DNA of 64,000 nt from Octopus sinensis (taxonomy: Eukaryota), in contig NC_043000.1 in NCBI RefSeq assembly GCF_006345805.1, positions 97,774,001 through 97,838,000 on the forward strand, read 5' to 3'. The notes beneath the pieces were generated by a model, which saw only the letters and a program-made list of their open reading frames with translations, ran no database searches and was not told the DNA's origin. The position numbers and the translations under genes are program-made. Below are positions 15,008 to 25,452 of this stretch, piece by piece (within the stretch, counting starts at the first letter, position 1; each line of letters begins with the position of its first letter).

Positions 15008-15986
15008 AATTCATATTCTATTTTACAAATCTCAGTCATTAGATTCCAGCCTTGCTGGAACACCACCTTCAAGAATTTTAGTCAATCAGATCAATCCTAG
15101 AAATTATTTCAGTTTCTATTTGTTGAAATAATCATGGGACAAAAAGTGACATAACACAAGCAACAACATTTTTTTTTTTGAACTGGTATAAACAAAGACA
15201 CACACACAACAGGAGTGTACTCTATTTCCATCTACCAAATTTCATTCACAAAGCAGCAATCAGCTCATGGTACAAGACACTTGCCCAAAATATTGTACAG
15301 CAAGATCAGATCCTGTACCACATGGATGCAAAGAGAACTTCTTTATGACACAGCTATGCCTGTAGTAATGGTTATGGTTAAAATGCCTTTTGTCGGAAGT
15401 TTCTTTTATCCAAATTAACCTGGGTTTATTATCATTATTATTATTATCATTTACTTTTTAAAAAATAATTTTGATTTTTCTGTCTATCCAAGCTGTCTCA
15501 TCTTTATTTTTCTTCAGTTTATATATATTTTCAGTTACATGTCACTTTTTGTATTTACACTTTGTCAACATTATATATAACTTCCTTTTATTATTTTTTT
15601 TAATCAATAAATAGCTAAGTTCAAACACTTAAAGCTATTTCAAAGTTTTCTTTTTAAGGATATTCACAGTATACTGCTATGGTATCTCAGCGATTATAAA
15701 AAAAAGTGTAAAAGAAACTCACAGACAATAAAAAACAAAGCAAAACACTATCTACATAGTAGTGAAAAGTGTCACACCCCTCTACCACTACTGACAATGA
15801 TAACAAGCTTTCTGATTTGAAAGAGAAAACACTGCAAACATTTCAAGAGTTAATCACAATTCAAAAGTAATAAAATAGTCGTTGAAAGAACAGTATTTGT
15901 AAACGATAATATCAGTTTACATTTTGGCATTTTAAGGTGGTTATTTAATGCTTGCAGAAGTTACTGCCTTGCCATACACCACCAGA

Positions 15987-17154
15987 TTCGACAGGGTCCC
16001 CCGATCCCTTATCTGGTGGGCAATGAGGAAACTAGGGATAGATGAATGGTTAGTGAGAGCTGTGCGGGCCATGTACAGGGACGCCGCTAGTAGAGTGAGG
16101 GTTGGAAATGTGTACAGTGAAGAATTCCGGGTAGAGGTAGGAGTCCACCAAGGCTCAGTACTCAGCCCCCTCCTATTTATCATAGTCCTCCAGGCAATAA
16201 CGGAGGAATTCAAGACAGGATGCCCTTGGGAGCTCCTCTATGCTGATGACCTTGCTCTAATTGCTGAGTTGCTATCAGAACTGGAGAAGTTTCAGGTGTG
16301 GAAACAAGGATTAGAATCGAAGGGCCTCAGAGTCAATCTAGCTAAAACCAAAGTCGTAATCAGTAGGAAGGTAGACAAATCACAAACACCTTCAGGTAGA
16401 TGGCCTGCTCGATCTGTAGAAAAGGTGTAGGTAGAAACTCTATAAGATGCACCAAGTGTAAGCTATGGACACATAAGAGATGCAGCAATGTCAAAGGAAG
16501 GTTAACTAGGAAGATGGTTTTTGTATGTGGCAGATGCTCAGGAACAATAAACACTGAAAATGCTCTGAGACCAACTTCCGTCACTTTCCAGGGAGAAAAA
16601 CTAGAAATAGTTGATAGTTTCCGTTACCTAGGTGACCAAGTCAGCAGCGGGTACGGGGTGTGCTGTGAAAGTGTAACTGCTAGAGTAAGAATAGCTTGGG
16701 CAAAGTTCAGAGAACTTTACCTCTGCTGGTGACAAAAGGCCTCTCGCACAGAGTGAAAGGCAGACTGTATGATGCGTGTGTACGAACAGCCATGCTACAT
16801 GGCAGTGAAACATGGGCCGTGACTGCTGAGGATATGCGTAAGCTCGCTAGAAATGAAGCCAGTATGCTCCGATGGATGTGTAATGCCGGTACTCACACTC
16901 GGCAGAGTGTAAGTACCTTGAGAGAAAAGCTGGACCTAAGAAGCATCAGTTGTGGTGTGCAAGAGAGACGTTTGCGCTGGTATGGTCATGTGGCGAGAAT
17001 GGATGAAGATAGTTGTGTGAAAAAGTACCACACCCTAGCGGTTGAGGGAACCTGTGGAAGAGGCAGACCCAGGAAAACCTGGGACGAGGTGGTGAAGCAC
17101 GACCTTCGAACTTTAGGTCTCACTGAGGAAATGACTAGAGACCGAGACCTCTGA
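15987..17154 (+). pseudogene. Frameshifted RTE reverse transcriptase ORF remnant
   Basis: ORF-track entries 15948-16430, 16400-16732 and 16696-17154 join into one RT protein through frameshifts near 16404 and 16715. Confidence 0.9.
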
Positions 17155-17795
17155 AGGAGTGTGCTGTGCGCGAGAAGACCCGGCAGGACAAGTGAGTCCA
17201 TAACCCGTGGCCTTCTACATGGGATGGAGCCAGCCTACGTATGCATACCTTCCCTTCTTGGGACACAAAACTCTACTTGTGAAGACGTGATGAGGCAAGT
17301 GAGGATCAGAATCGAAATCGATCAATGGAAATTGCGGATGTGCTACCAGTGCCGGTGGCATGTCAAAACTCTGCTTGTGAAGACCCGTTGAGGCAAGTGA
17401 CGATCAGAATTGAAATCGATCAATGGAAATTGCAGATGTGTTACCAGTGCCGGTGGCATGTAAGAGAACTTTCCGTTTCGCGACCGTTGCCAGCACCGCC
17501 CCGTTTCGTGTCCGTTGCCAGCCTCGCCTGGCCCTCGTGCCGGTGGCACATAAAAAGCACCATCCGTTCGTGGCCGTTTGCCAGCTCTGTCTGGCACCAG
17601 TGCGGGTGGCACGTAAAAAGCACCCACTACACTCACGGAGTGGTTGGCGTTAGGAAGGGCATCCAGCCGTAGAAACACTGCCAGATTTGACTGGGCCTGA
17701 TGAAGCCTTCTGGCTTCACAGACCCCAGTAGAACCGTCCAACCCATGCTAGCATGGAAAACGGACGCTAAACGATGATGATGATGATGATGATGA
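15987..17795 (+). mobile_element. Young 5'-truncated RTE-clade LINE (RT C-half with PHD finger, C-terminal domain, structured 3'UTR, (GAT)n tail)
   Basis: FDRVPR, GVHQGSVLSPLLF, LLYADDLAL, GLRVNLAKTK, FRYLG, MLHGSETW, RRLRWYGHVARM, GRGRPRKTW; few frameshifts; CpGs retained; ends aaacgatgatgatg... Confidence 0.95.
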
Positions 17796-18274
17796 CAGAA
17801 AGAGCCTCGTAAAATATGAGCCCAACTTTCATTGTTTTAAACTTCTAAGTATCAATTCAAGCAAGGAATTAAAACGCATCTGATCAATTTACAGAAAACT
17901 AAACAGAATGCTAGGTTTCTGATTATAAGACAATGAGAGTACATATGAGTGTGTGTAAATAAGCAGTAGCTTTAAACTCACTACTCTTTAACTTTTATAA
18001 AACTTATTTTCTTTGTTAGGGTTATATTGTAGTCCTTCACCACAAGTCAAGCAATCAGTGGAGTGACTAGAAGATTCTAAACCATATTCTATCAGAGCCT
18101 TTGTTAACTTCTCAGGCAATTTGCAATTCTGGGACTTAAATGTATTATATATTATTTATAGTGATTTTCTGTGAGAATAAGCTCTACATTTTAGAGAAGA
18201 CATTCAAGGCAAAGGACAAATGTTGAATTTTTCACCAAACATGATAACCTCATTTTTCATAAACACAACATACC

Positions 18275-18670
18275 TGTGTGGTTAAGATGTTTGCTTCTCA
18301 AACATATGATTTCAGGTTTAGCGCCTTTGCATGGCACCTTGGGAAAGTGTTTCTGCTATAACACTGGGCTGACTAAAGCCTTGTGAGTAGATTTGGCAGA
18401 TGGAAACTGAAAGAAGCCCAGTGAGTGTGCATGTGTATATGTCTCCTTGTCTTGACATTGCTTAGTAGTTGAAAATGTCTGTCACTATCATACAAGCAGT
18501 GTCATTCATTTCTGATATATTCTTCAGAAACAGGTCTGGCCATGGAAAAATATTATATTAGTTATAAACAAGTGAAGGCTGGTACAAGGAAGGACACCGG
18601 TAGAAAATTTGCCTCAATAAACTTTGCCCAACTCATTGCAACCACAGAAAAGTGGGCATTAAAATGACAT
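18275..18670 (+). mobile_element. tRNA/CORE-type SINE with RTE-derived tail; similar copy at about 47985-48320
   Basis: gtgtggttaagatg head, ggcaccttgggaaagtgt, gccttgtgagtagatttggcagatggaaactgaaagaagccc, tail ggaaggacacc..gtagaaa..gggcattaaaatga. Confidence 0.6.
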
Positions 18671-18989
18671 TACACAACATTACAGTGGAAGGAAATGCAG
18701 TTAAAAATGGAATAGAGAGAGATGAATTAACAGATGGTATACAGTGATGTGACGTAAGTAGTTTTAAAGACCCAGTCTTTGGTGATTCGAGATAACCTGG
18801 ATGATATAACCTCGCAATTTTGGGGGATGGAAGAGTCACAAGGATGAAATGGAAGACTCCAAAGCAGATATACATAAATTGATACTGCAGTGTATTTTAT
18901 CTGGCTTCCTACTGGTTTTGCTATTCCATAGTTTAATAACAATAATTATTATTACTTAACAACCTTTAGAGAACTGATTTCTAATAATA

Positions 18990-19260
18990 TTAGTAAAATA
19001 AAATAAAGAGAAAAATGTATCAGGACTTTAACAGAAAATGGAGAGGAAGGATCTGGGGCATGAAAATAAAAGGAACCCTATCAGCTGTCATATGAACACT
19101 GGAAATAACAAGGACAAAACAGCTGGTAAGAAAGCATAGAGACTTAGGAATTGACACCCAAAAAGCAGAGCTGAGCACGGTTCATCATCTAAATCCTCCA
19201 AAGTTCTTGAAAATTTAAGAAAAATTTTATCTCTAAATCTCTTGGACTGTTGACACAATC
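18990..19260 (+). mobile_element. Highly degraded R4/Dong-like LINE 3' end (restriction-like endonuclease C-terminus)
   Basis: Remnants KEKMYQD, RIWGMK and QKAELSTV..IL.KVLE resemble the EKYQDL..RIWGM..QK.ALLGT..ILRKVL C-terminus; AAT-rich sequence follows. Confidence 0.4.
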
Positions 19261-19460
19261 AATGTTATAATAAAAATAATAACCTTTTAATTAAGCATAT
19301 GAAGTGAAAGCCACTAGAAGTGTTCTAAAATGGTTTTCTGTAGCAAACAAAATAAAATACTATTAACAATGCTATCTACACCTAGTTATTTGCACCACTG
19401 AGGAATGATCCCACATTTTTAAAGCAAAAGAAATATAAAATTGTGTATTTTCAATATATA

Positions 19461-19816
19461 TCTCTCTCTATATAAACGGCAGTTTGTCTGTGCATTTTCT
19501 GTGTGTCTGTTTTCTCGTACCCTCACTCTGACCACGGCTTTCAACCGATTCTGATGAAACTTGACACACACATAGCCCAATGTCATAATTCAAAACTAAC
19601 GCAGCGAAAATTTTGAAAAGTTCCCCCAGTTCTGAAAAAAATCGATAAATTCGACATGGGGTCGAGAATCAGAAACCCAAACCACAGACCGTCTAGGGGA
19701 CGCAACTCCACCTTTTTTAACTCTCAAAAAAAATTTACCATAATTTTTTTCCCATTTTTTTGCCATAACTCTCTATTTCCCTTACAAACCTGAGCAACGC
19801 CGGGCGATACTGCTAG
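19461..19816 (+). mobile_element. Non-autonomous Helitron
   Basis: Starts TC after an A, ends CTAG before a T, no TSD; subterminal GC hairpin cctgagc-aac-gccggg (19789-19804) 8 nt before CTAG; CpG-rich relative to its flanks. Confidence 0.75.
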
Positions 19817-19959
19817 TAATTAATAAATGACATTTTTCAAAATACAATCTAAGAGTGTATAAAAATAGAAAAAATATCACTTGTGTATGCATGTGGGTGA
19901 AAGGTTTACATAAATAAGCATGTGCATAGGGGGGTGTGCTTCTCTCTTATATATATATA

Positions 19960-20235
19960 AAATCATTTTCATGCCTATTTTTCTATGCTTGCATGGATAG
20001 ATCAGATCTTAAACTCCAGCACAAAGTCTTATCAATTGTTGTCCTTTGTTATTATTTTCAGTACTTCTTCCCATGTCTTCCTCTTCCACAAGATCTTTCC
20101 ACACACATCACATGGTACTTCTATACCCAACTACCATTCTCTATACTGCCTTCTATCTTGCGCACCACATTTGATTTCTCTTATACCCAGTTTTTCTCTC
20201 AATATATACAAACTTGTGTGTCTGTTTGTTGTGAG
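19960..20235 (-). mobile_element. Old RTE LINE C-terminal fragment plus tail
   Basis: Minus strand reads LREKLGIREIKCGAQDRR (young copy: LREKLDLRSISCGVQERR) and ..RKTW, then an atccatgcaagcatagaaaa tail. Confidence 0.6.
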
Positions 20236-20601
20236 TTTTGAATATGTCACTGCTGAAATAGAACAGTCCACAATACTCATAGAAAAGCTAATATCATAAA
20301 TATTATAAATGTATAATAGCAGAAATGACAACTGACAACTGAAACAATAACAAATCAATAGAACAGAAAAAAAAAACAACAAAAAATATATAGAACACTA
20401 GTTTCAGCGTGTGTATGTATATGTATGTATGTATAAATATGAAATAAATAAATTAAAAAAACGAAAATAGAAAGAATCCCAACCTAAGCTAAGCCTCAAC
20501 TAAAAGTGTTATTAGCTTATTGAAACTTGATTAATAATGTTCATCAAATAGGGGAGGGAAAAAAGTCCATCGTCAAGTTGACTCCGCTTCAGTGAATCAC
20601 T

Positions 20602-20798
20602 TCACAGTTCTGCAGCAAACCTATTTTCAGTTCTATTATTGAAACTGATAGATGGTGTTGGTGGTAGTAGAGGTGGTGTTGGCAATGGTGGTTGTAATGA
20701 ATTCCCTTGACAACTGAGATATAGCAATATATCATTATCAAGAACTTAGTGGTAGTGGGCAGGGTTGCTAAGTGAAGGTGGATGAGGATAAGAGAAAT
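20602..20798 (-). CDS. Candidate downstream or terminal exon of the minus-strand host transcript (two possible acceptors)
   Basis: Acceptor tttttattattttcgtttctcaatttattgcgaatctAG at 20799-20800 and a weaker atatctcAG at 20714-20715. From 20713 in phase 2 it reads CQGNSLQPPLPTPPLLPPTPSISFNNRTENRFAAEL*; the sequence is non-repetitive and a U-rich UTR-like stretch follows. Confidence 0.35.
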
Positions 20799-21658
20799 CT
20801 AGATTCGCAATAAATTGAGAAACGAAAATAATAAAAAGTAACAACAATAATAATCATTCCTAACACAAACACAAGTCTTCAAATTTTTGGAGGAAGGGGT
20901 TACTTGATTAATTTAACTCTAGTATTTAGCTGGTACATTAATACCTCAATAAACCTCAGAAGGATGAAAAGTTGATAAGATTTGAACCCAAAATGCTGAG
21001 ATCCAGAATACTGCGGGTCATTTTATTCCATGCTCAAATGATTCTGTCAATGTACTACCTTGATGATGATAGTAATAATTTCTTTTATTGCCACAGGGGT
21101 GACAGAGAGGGGAAGATTTGAAGGAGAAATTATAAAATGATAAAATTTTTATAGAAATAAAATTAGGAAAAAGCTCCATTAGATTTCTTTTTTATGAATT
21201 TTAATAACAAAAATTAAGTATAAAATGATTAAAAAGTTTATAAAAAGAAATTGAGAAGCAGAAAAATATTCCTCATATTGAAGTGCATTTAGCATATAAA
21301 TGCAAACAAAAACAATGTTTATCTAAAAAGAGGCAAAATAATAATTTGCTTGTAAGAAATTTAATAAATTAATTCTGAAAGTGATAAAATAAAAAAACAA
21401 AAAGATGGGAAAATATAAAAATCTTGATCTTTCTGTAAAGTTCATCTATTATAAATTCAACTGTAACACTGACATTTTAGTACATGTCCAAATATTTTTA
21501 GAAAACAGAAGCATCAAAAAATGTAATAGGACATATCCTTTCTCTTGAAATATTAACCAATTTTAACAAATTAAAACAATTTATATAATTGGAGGAAATG
21601 TTAATGTATTATTTTTACAATACAACGGTCATCAAAATGTTTTGTAAAGTCTAGAGTT

Positions 21659-22110
21659 AAGGCAATGAGCTGGCAGAATTGCTACTATGCCAGGCGAAAT
21701 GCTTAGTAGCATTTCATCCATCTTTACATTTCAAGTTCAAATTCCACCAAGGCTGACTTTACCTTTTATCTTTTTGGGGTCGATAAAATAAGTACAGTTG
21801 AGCACTGGGGTCTACGTAATTGACTTACTCCTCCTCCAAACATGCTGGCCTTGTGCCAAAATTTGAAGCTAATATTATGTGTAGAGTTAAGGTGGCAAGC
21901 TGGCAGAATTTTTAGTTCACTAGGCAAAATGCTTAGCAGCATTTCGTCTGTCTTTACATTCGAAGTTCAAATTTTACCAATGTTGACTTTGCCTTTCATC
22001 CTCTTGGGGTTAATGAATTAAGTACCAGTCGTGCACTGGAGTTAATGTAGTCAACTAGCTTCCTTTTTACCAAATTTCAGGCCTTGTGTTTATAGCAGAA
22101 AGGAATACCA
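21659..22110 (+). mobile_element. Two head-to-tail tRNA-derived SINEs (21659-21876 and 21889-22110)
   Basis: Each has agctggcagaatt (A box), gttcaaatt (B box), cctttcatcct..ggggt..taagtaccag..cactgg core and a ggccttgtg tail. Confidence 0.8.
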
Positions 22111-24067
22111 TGTCTATAGTTCAAATCTCAAAGTTAACTTTGATTAGTACTTTACTTTATTAACTTCAGAAGGATGGAATGCAAAGATGGAGGAAGAGGA
22201 ATCTGATACCATTGACACTTGATACCAACCTTTCTAAACTGGCCCCTGGCCTATGCCACTAACTTCCTGCTTAAAATTATCTAAATTAATACCTTTAAAA
22301 TTTAATGCTATGATGCAAACACCATCTTAATAAATATTAATATTTTACTAAATTCCTTATTTTCAAAATTAACTTAAACAATGTCAGTATATTTTAACAG
22401 AAATATAATAATAAATGGGTTAAGTATATCCTTCATCACAAATGAGGTCTTGTATTTAAGTTTTAAATTATTAACATTTTTAATAACATGGATGTCCTTT
22501 CCATTTAGTACCCTCAGTTAAGGGCAACTAAAAGCCAAGCTAGGCGATGAGGATGATTTAAGCCAAATTGGTTGAATAAACTTCCAAGTAGTCTGTTAAT
22601 AAAGAGAATTTAAATTAAGCAAACCCAGTTAATGAAAAGATAGTTAATTGTAGAACATAGCTTCTTATATCATTAAACAAGTGCTATCCCTGGTAATGTA
22701 AATTCCTTCTGAGCGTCCATTAAGGACTTTTATGAGTCAGTGCTTAGTCCCAGTTTATGAGTGTAGAAAGATGAGACATAATTCACCCTTGAATATATGA
22801 AGTTATTGGAGTTATTTAACTGCAAGAGAGTCAGTGAACTGAAATTACAAAATTACATACACTGCCTACACTGCTTAATAAATTTCTTGTTTTGGAACTG
22901 AATTCATGAACAATGAGTTGATAATACAATTTTCTTGCTATTAAGGTGATGTCACTTCCATAGACAGTATGTGTCTACAGCTCAGGTCAATTAGTCTAGT
23001 GAGAAGTATTTTAGTATTGAATTCAGAATGATGTGGGTGACAAATGTACTGTTGCATGCATGATAATGTTGGAAATCAGTTAACTTTAATCCTTTTATCT
23101 ACAAATGGAGAGATTACGTGGTTATGATTTGCTATTTCCTATGCTTACAAAGATAGTCATCTATGAGTTAGCATAAGTTGTTAGAGTGTAAGTGTTCTGG
23201 TTCAGCTCCAGTACAGCCCTGAGTGAACAGACAAACGAATAAAGGTGTCTAAACCATGTCAATTCTGTCATTTTTCTAAACAGTGACTAAATTTATAGTG
23301 AATAATAAGAGATTTAGCTGTTATTTTTAACAGGTTAAGCAAAAATATATAGGTTTCTTCATGAACTCGGAGTTTATATTTCACCAATACATCTAATTCA
23401 GTTTCAAACATTTAAGACTGGACAGATTTAAGGAAAATTAGGCAATATGCTTTATCTCAGAATGCAACGACTACATCTCTGTGTTTGACTAATCTGATTT
23501 TATAAAAAACTTCCCATATAAGCACCAGTAAACAGTGAGTGTGATTATATTACCTTCTTTTATGAACCTAATTATATACCAATCAAATTTTTTTAATTAA
23601 GAATTACCTTTTTTTATATATCTAATTATATACCAATCAGATTTCTTTTAAAGATAAAGTTTGTATTTATAAGTAGTATAATTACTTGGCTCAATATTTG
23701 TTCATAATTAGTCCTAGTGGAATAGGAAGCAAGTAAAATGTGTCCCAGCAGGATTTCAACCCAAATACAAATAACAGTGCATTAATAATTACTGAACATA
23801 AGATTTACATGAAACCAAAGTAGAGATGATATGACATTCATTTATTTGTCATGGGGATCAGTAACCAAAATGAAATTAAATTGCTACATCTAAGAATCCA
23901 TATGAACTTGGGTCAGAATATATATCTACTATTTCAAGCTAGAGAATACAGATTATCTTGTTATCATGTAAAGAAAGAGAGAGAGAAAAAAAACTCCCAA
24001 AACTTTTTGTCAAAATACATCCCAGCTCATTCATTAATATATCAATAATAGAAATTGTGAGACAGAC

Positions 24068-24133
24068 CTTGCATTGTTGTTTTCATGAGAGTTTACTCCC
24101 TGAGACTTTTGCTCCAGACAGCAACAGCTGATA
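24068..24133 (-). CDS. Candidate 66-nt symmetric (phase 2-2) exon: (S)ISCCCLEQKSQGVNSHENNNA(R/S)
   Basis: Strong acceptor tttttcttttcattattctattttcattatctttacAG; donor AAG|gtctgt; only the phase-2 frame is open, matching the exon 1 phase. Confidence 0.5.
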
Positions 24134-24216
24134 CTGTAAAGATAATGAAAATAGAATAATGAAAAGAAAAATATAAAACTGTGTAGAAGAAATAAATATA
24201 TATACGTATAGTATAT

Positions 24217-25452
24217 ATAACCCATGGCCCCTACCTGGGACGTAGTCAGTCCACCTGTGCATACCTTCCTTCTTGTGACACTTGTGAAGACCTGTTGAGG
24301 CAAGTGAAAATCAAAATCAAAATCAAAACAAATCAAAATAGATGAACATCAATGGAATCTGTATCTTTGTGGTACCAGTGCCGGTGGCACACACTTTGTG
24401 GTACCAGTGCCGGTGGCACACAAGAGAACCATCCGAACGTGGCCGTAGCCAGTTCCGCATCGACCGGCCTCCGTGCTGTGGGCACGTAACAAACACCATC
24501 CGATCATGGCCGTTCGCCAGCCTCATCTGGCACCTGTGTCAGTGGCACATAAAAACACCTTCCGAAGACCCAGCAAGACTAGTCAGTCCACCTGTGCATA
24601 CCTTCCTTCTTGTGAAGACCGGTTGAGGCAAGTGAAAATCAAATCAAATCAAATCAAAATAGACAAAATAGATGAACATCAATGGAATTTGTATCTTGTG
24701 GTACCAGTGCCTGTGGCACACAAGAAATCCATCAGTGCTGTAGTCAGTGCGGTGGGCACATGACAAACACCATCCGATCGTGGCCGTTCGCCAGCCTCAT
24801 CTAGCACCTGTGTCGGTGGCACATAAAAACACCATCCGAAGACCCGGCAAGACTAGTCAGGCCATAACCTATGGCCCCTACCTGGGACGTAGTCAGTCCA
24901 CCTGTGCATACCTTCCTTCTTGTGACACTTGTGAAGACCTGTTGAGGCAAGTGAAAATCAAAACAAATCAAAATAGATGAACATCAATGGAATTTGTATC
25001 TTTGTGGTACCAGTGCCGGTGGCACACAAGAAAACCATCCGAACGTGGCCGTAGCCAGTACCGCATCGACTGGCCTCCGTGCTGTGGGCACGTAACAAGC
25101 ACCATCCGATCGTGGCCGTTTGCCAGCCTCATCTGGCACCTGTGTCGGTGGCACATAAAAACACCATCCGAGCGTGGCCGTCTGCCAGCCTCGTCTGGCA
25201 CCTGTGTCGGTGGCACATAAAAACACCATCCGAGCGTGGCCGTTGCCAGCCTCGTCTGGCACCTGTGTCGGTGGCACATAAAATCACCCACTACACTCTC
25301 GGAGTGGTTGGCGTTAGGAAGGGCATCCAGCTGTAGAAACACTGCCAGATCTGACTGAACTGGTGCAGCTTTCGGGCTCCCCAGACCCCAGTTGAACCGT
25401 CCAACCCATGCTAGCATGGAAAGCGGACGTTAAATGATGATGATGATGATGA
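24217..25452 (+). mobile_element. RTE-derived non-coding element: LINE 3'UTR repeated three times, ending in (GAT)n
   Basis: Homologous to 17172-17795; units about 24217-24563, 24564-24837 and 24838-25452; internal ~60-bp repeats; possible TSD atagtata (24208) / atagtaca (25452). Confidence 0.85.

Noticed and set aside
17161-17741. Overlapping ORFs on both strands here and at 24323-25417
   Set aside because: By-products of the GC-rich, internally repeated LINE 3'UTR; no protein motifs.
24360-25285. CRISPR-like appearance of the repeated ccagtgccggtggcac units
   Set aside because: The intervening sequences are themselves repeated rather than unique spacers; eukaryotic LINE UTR context; no cas genes.
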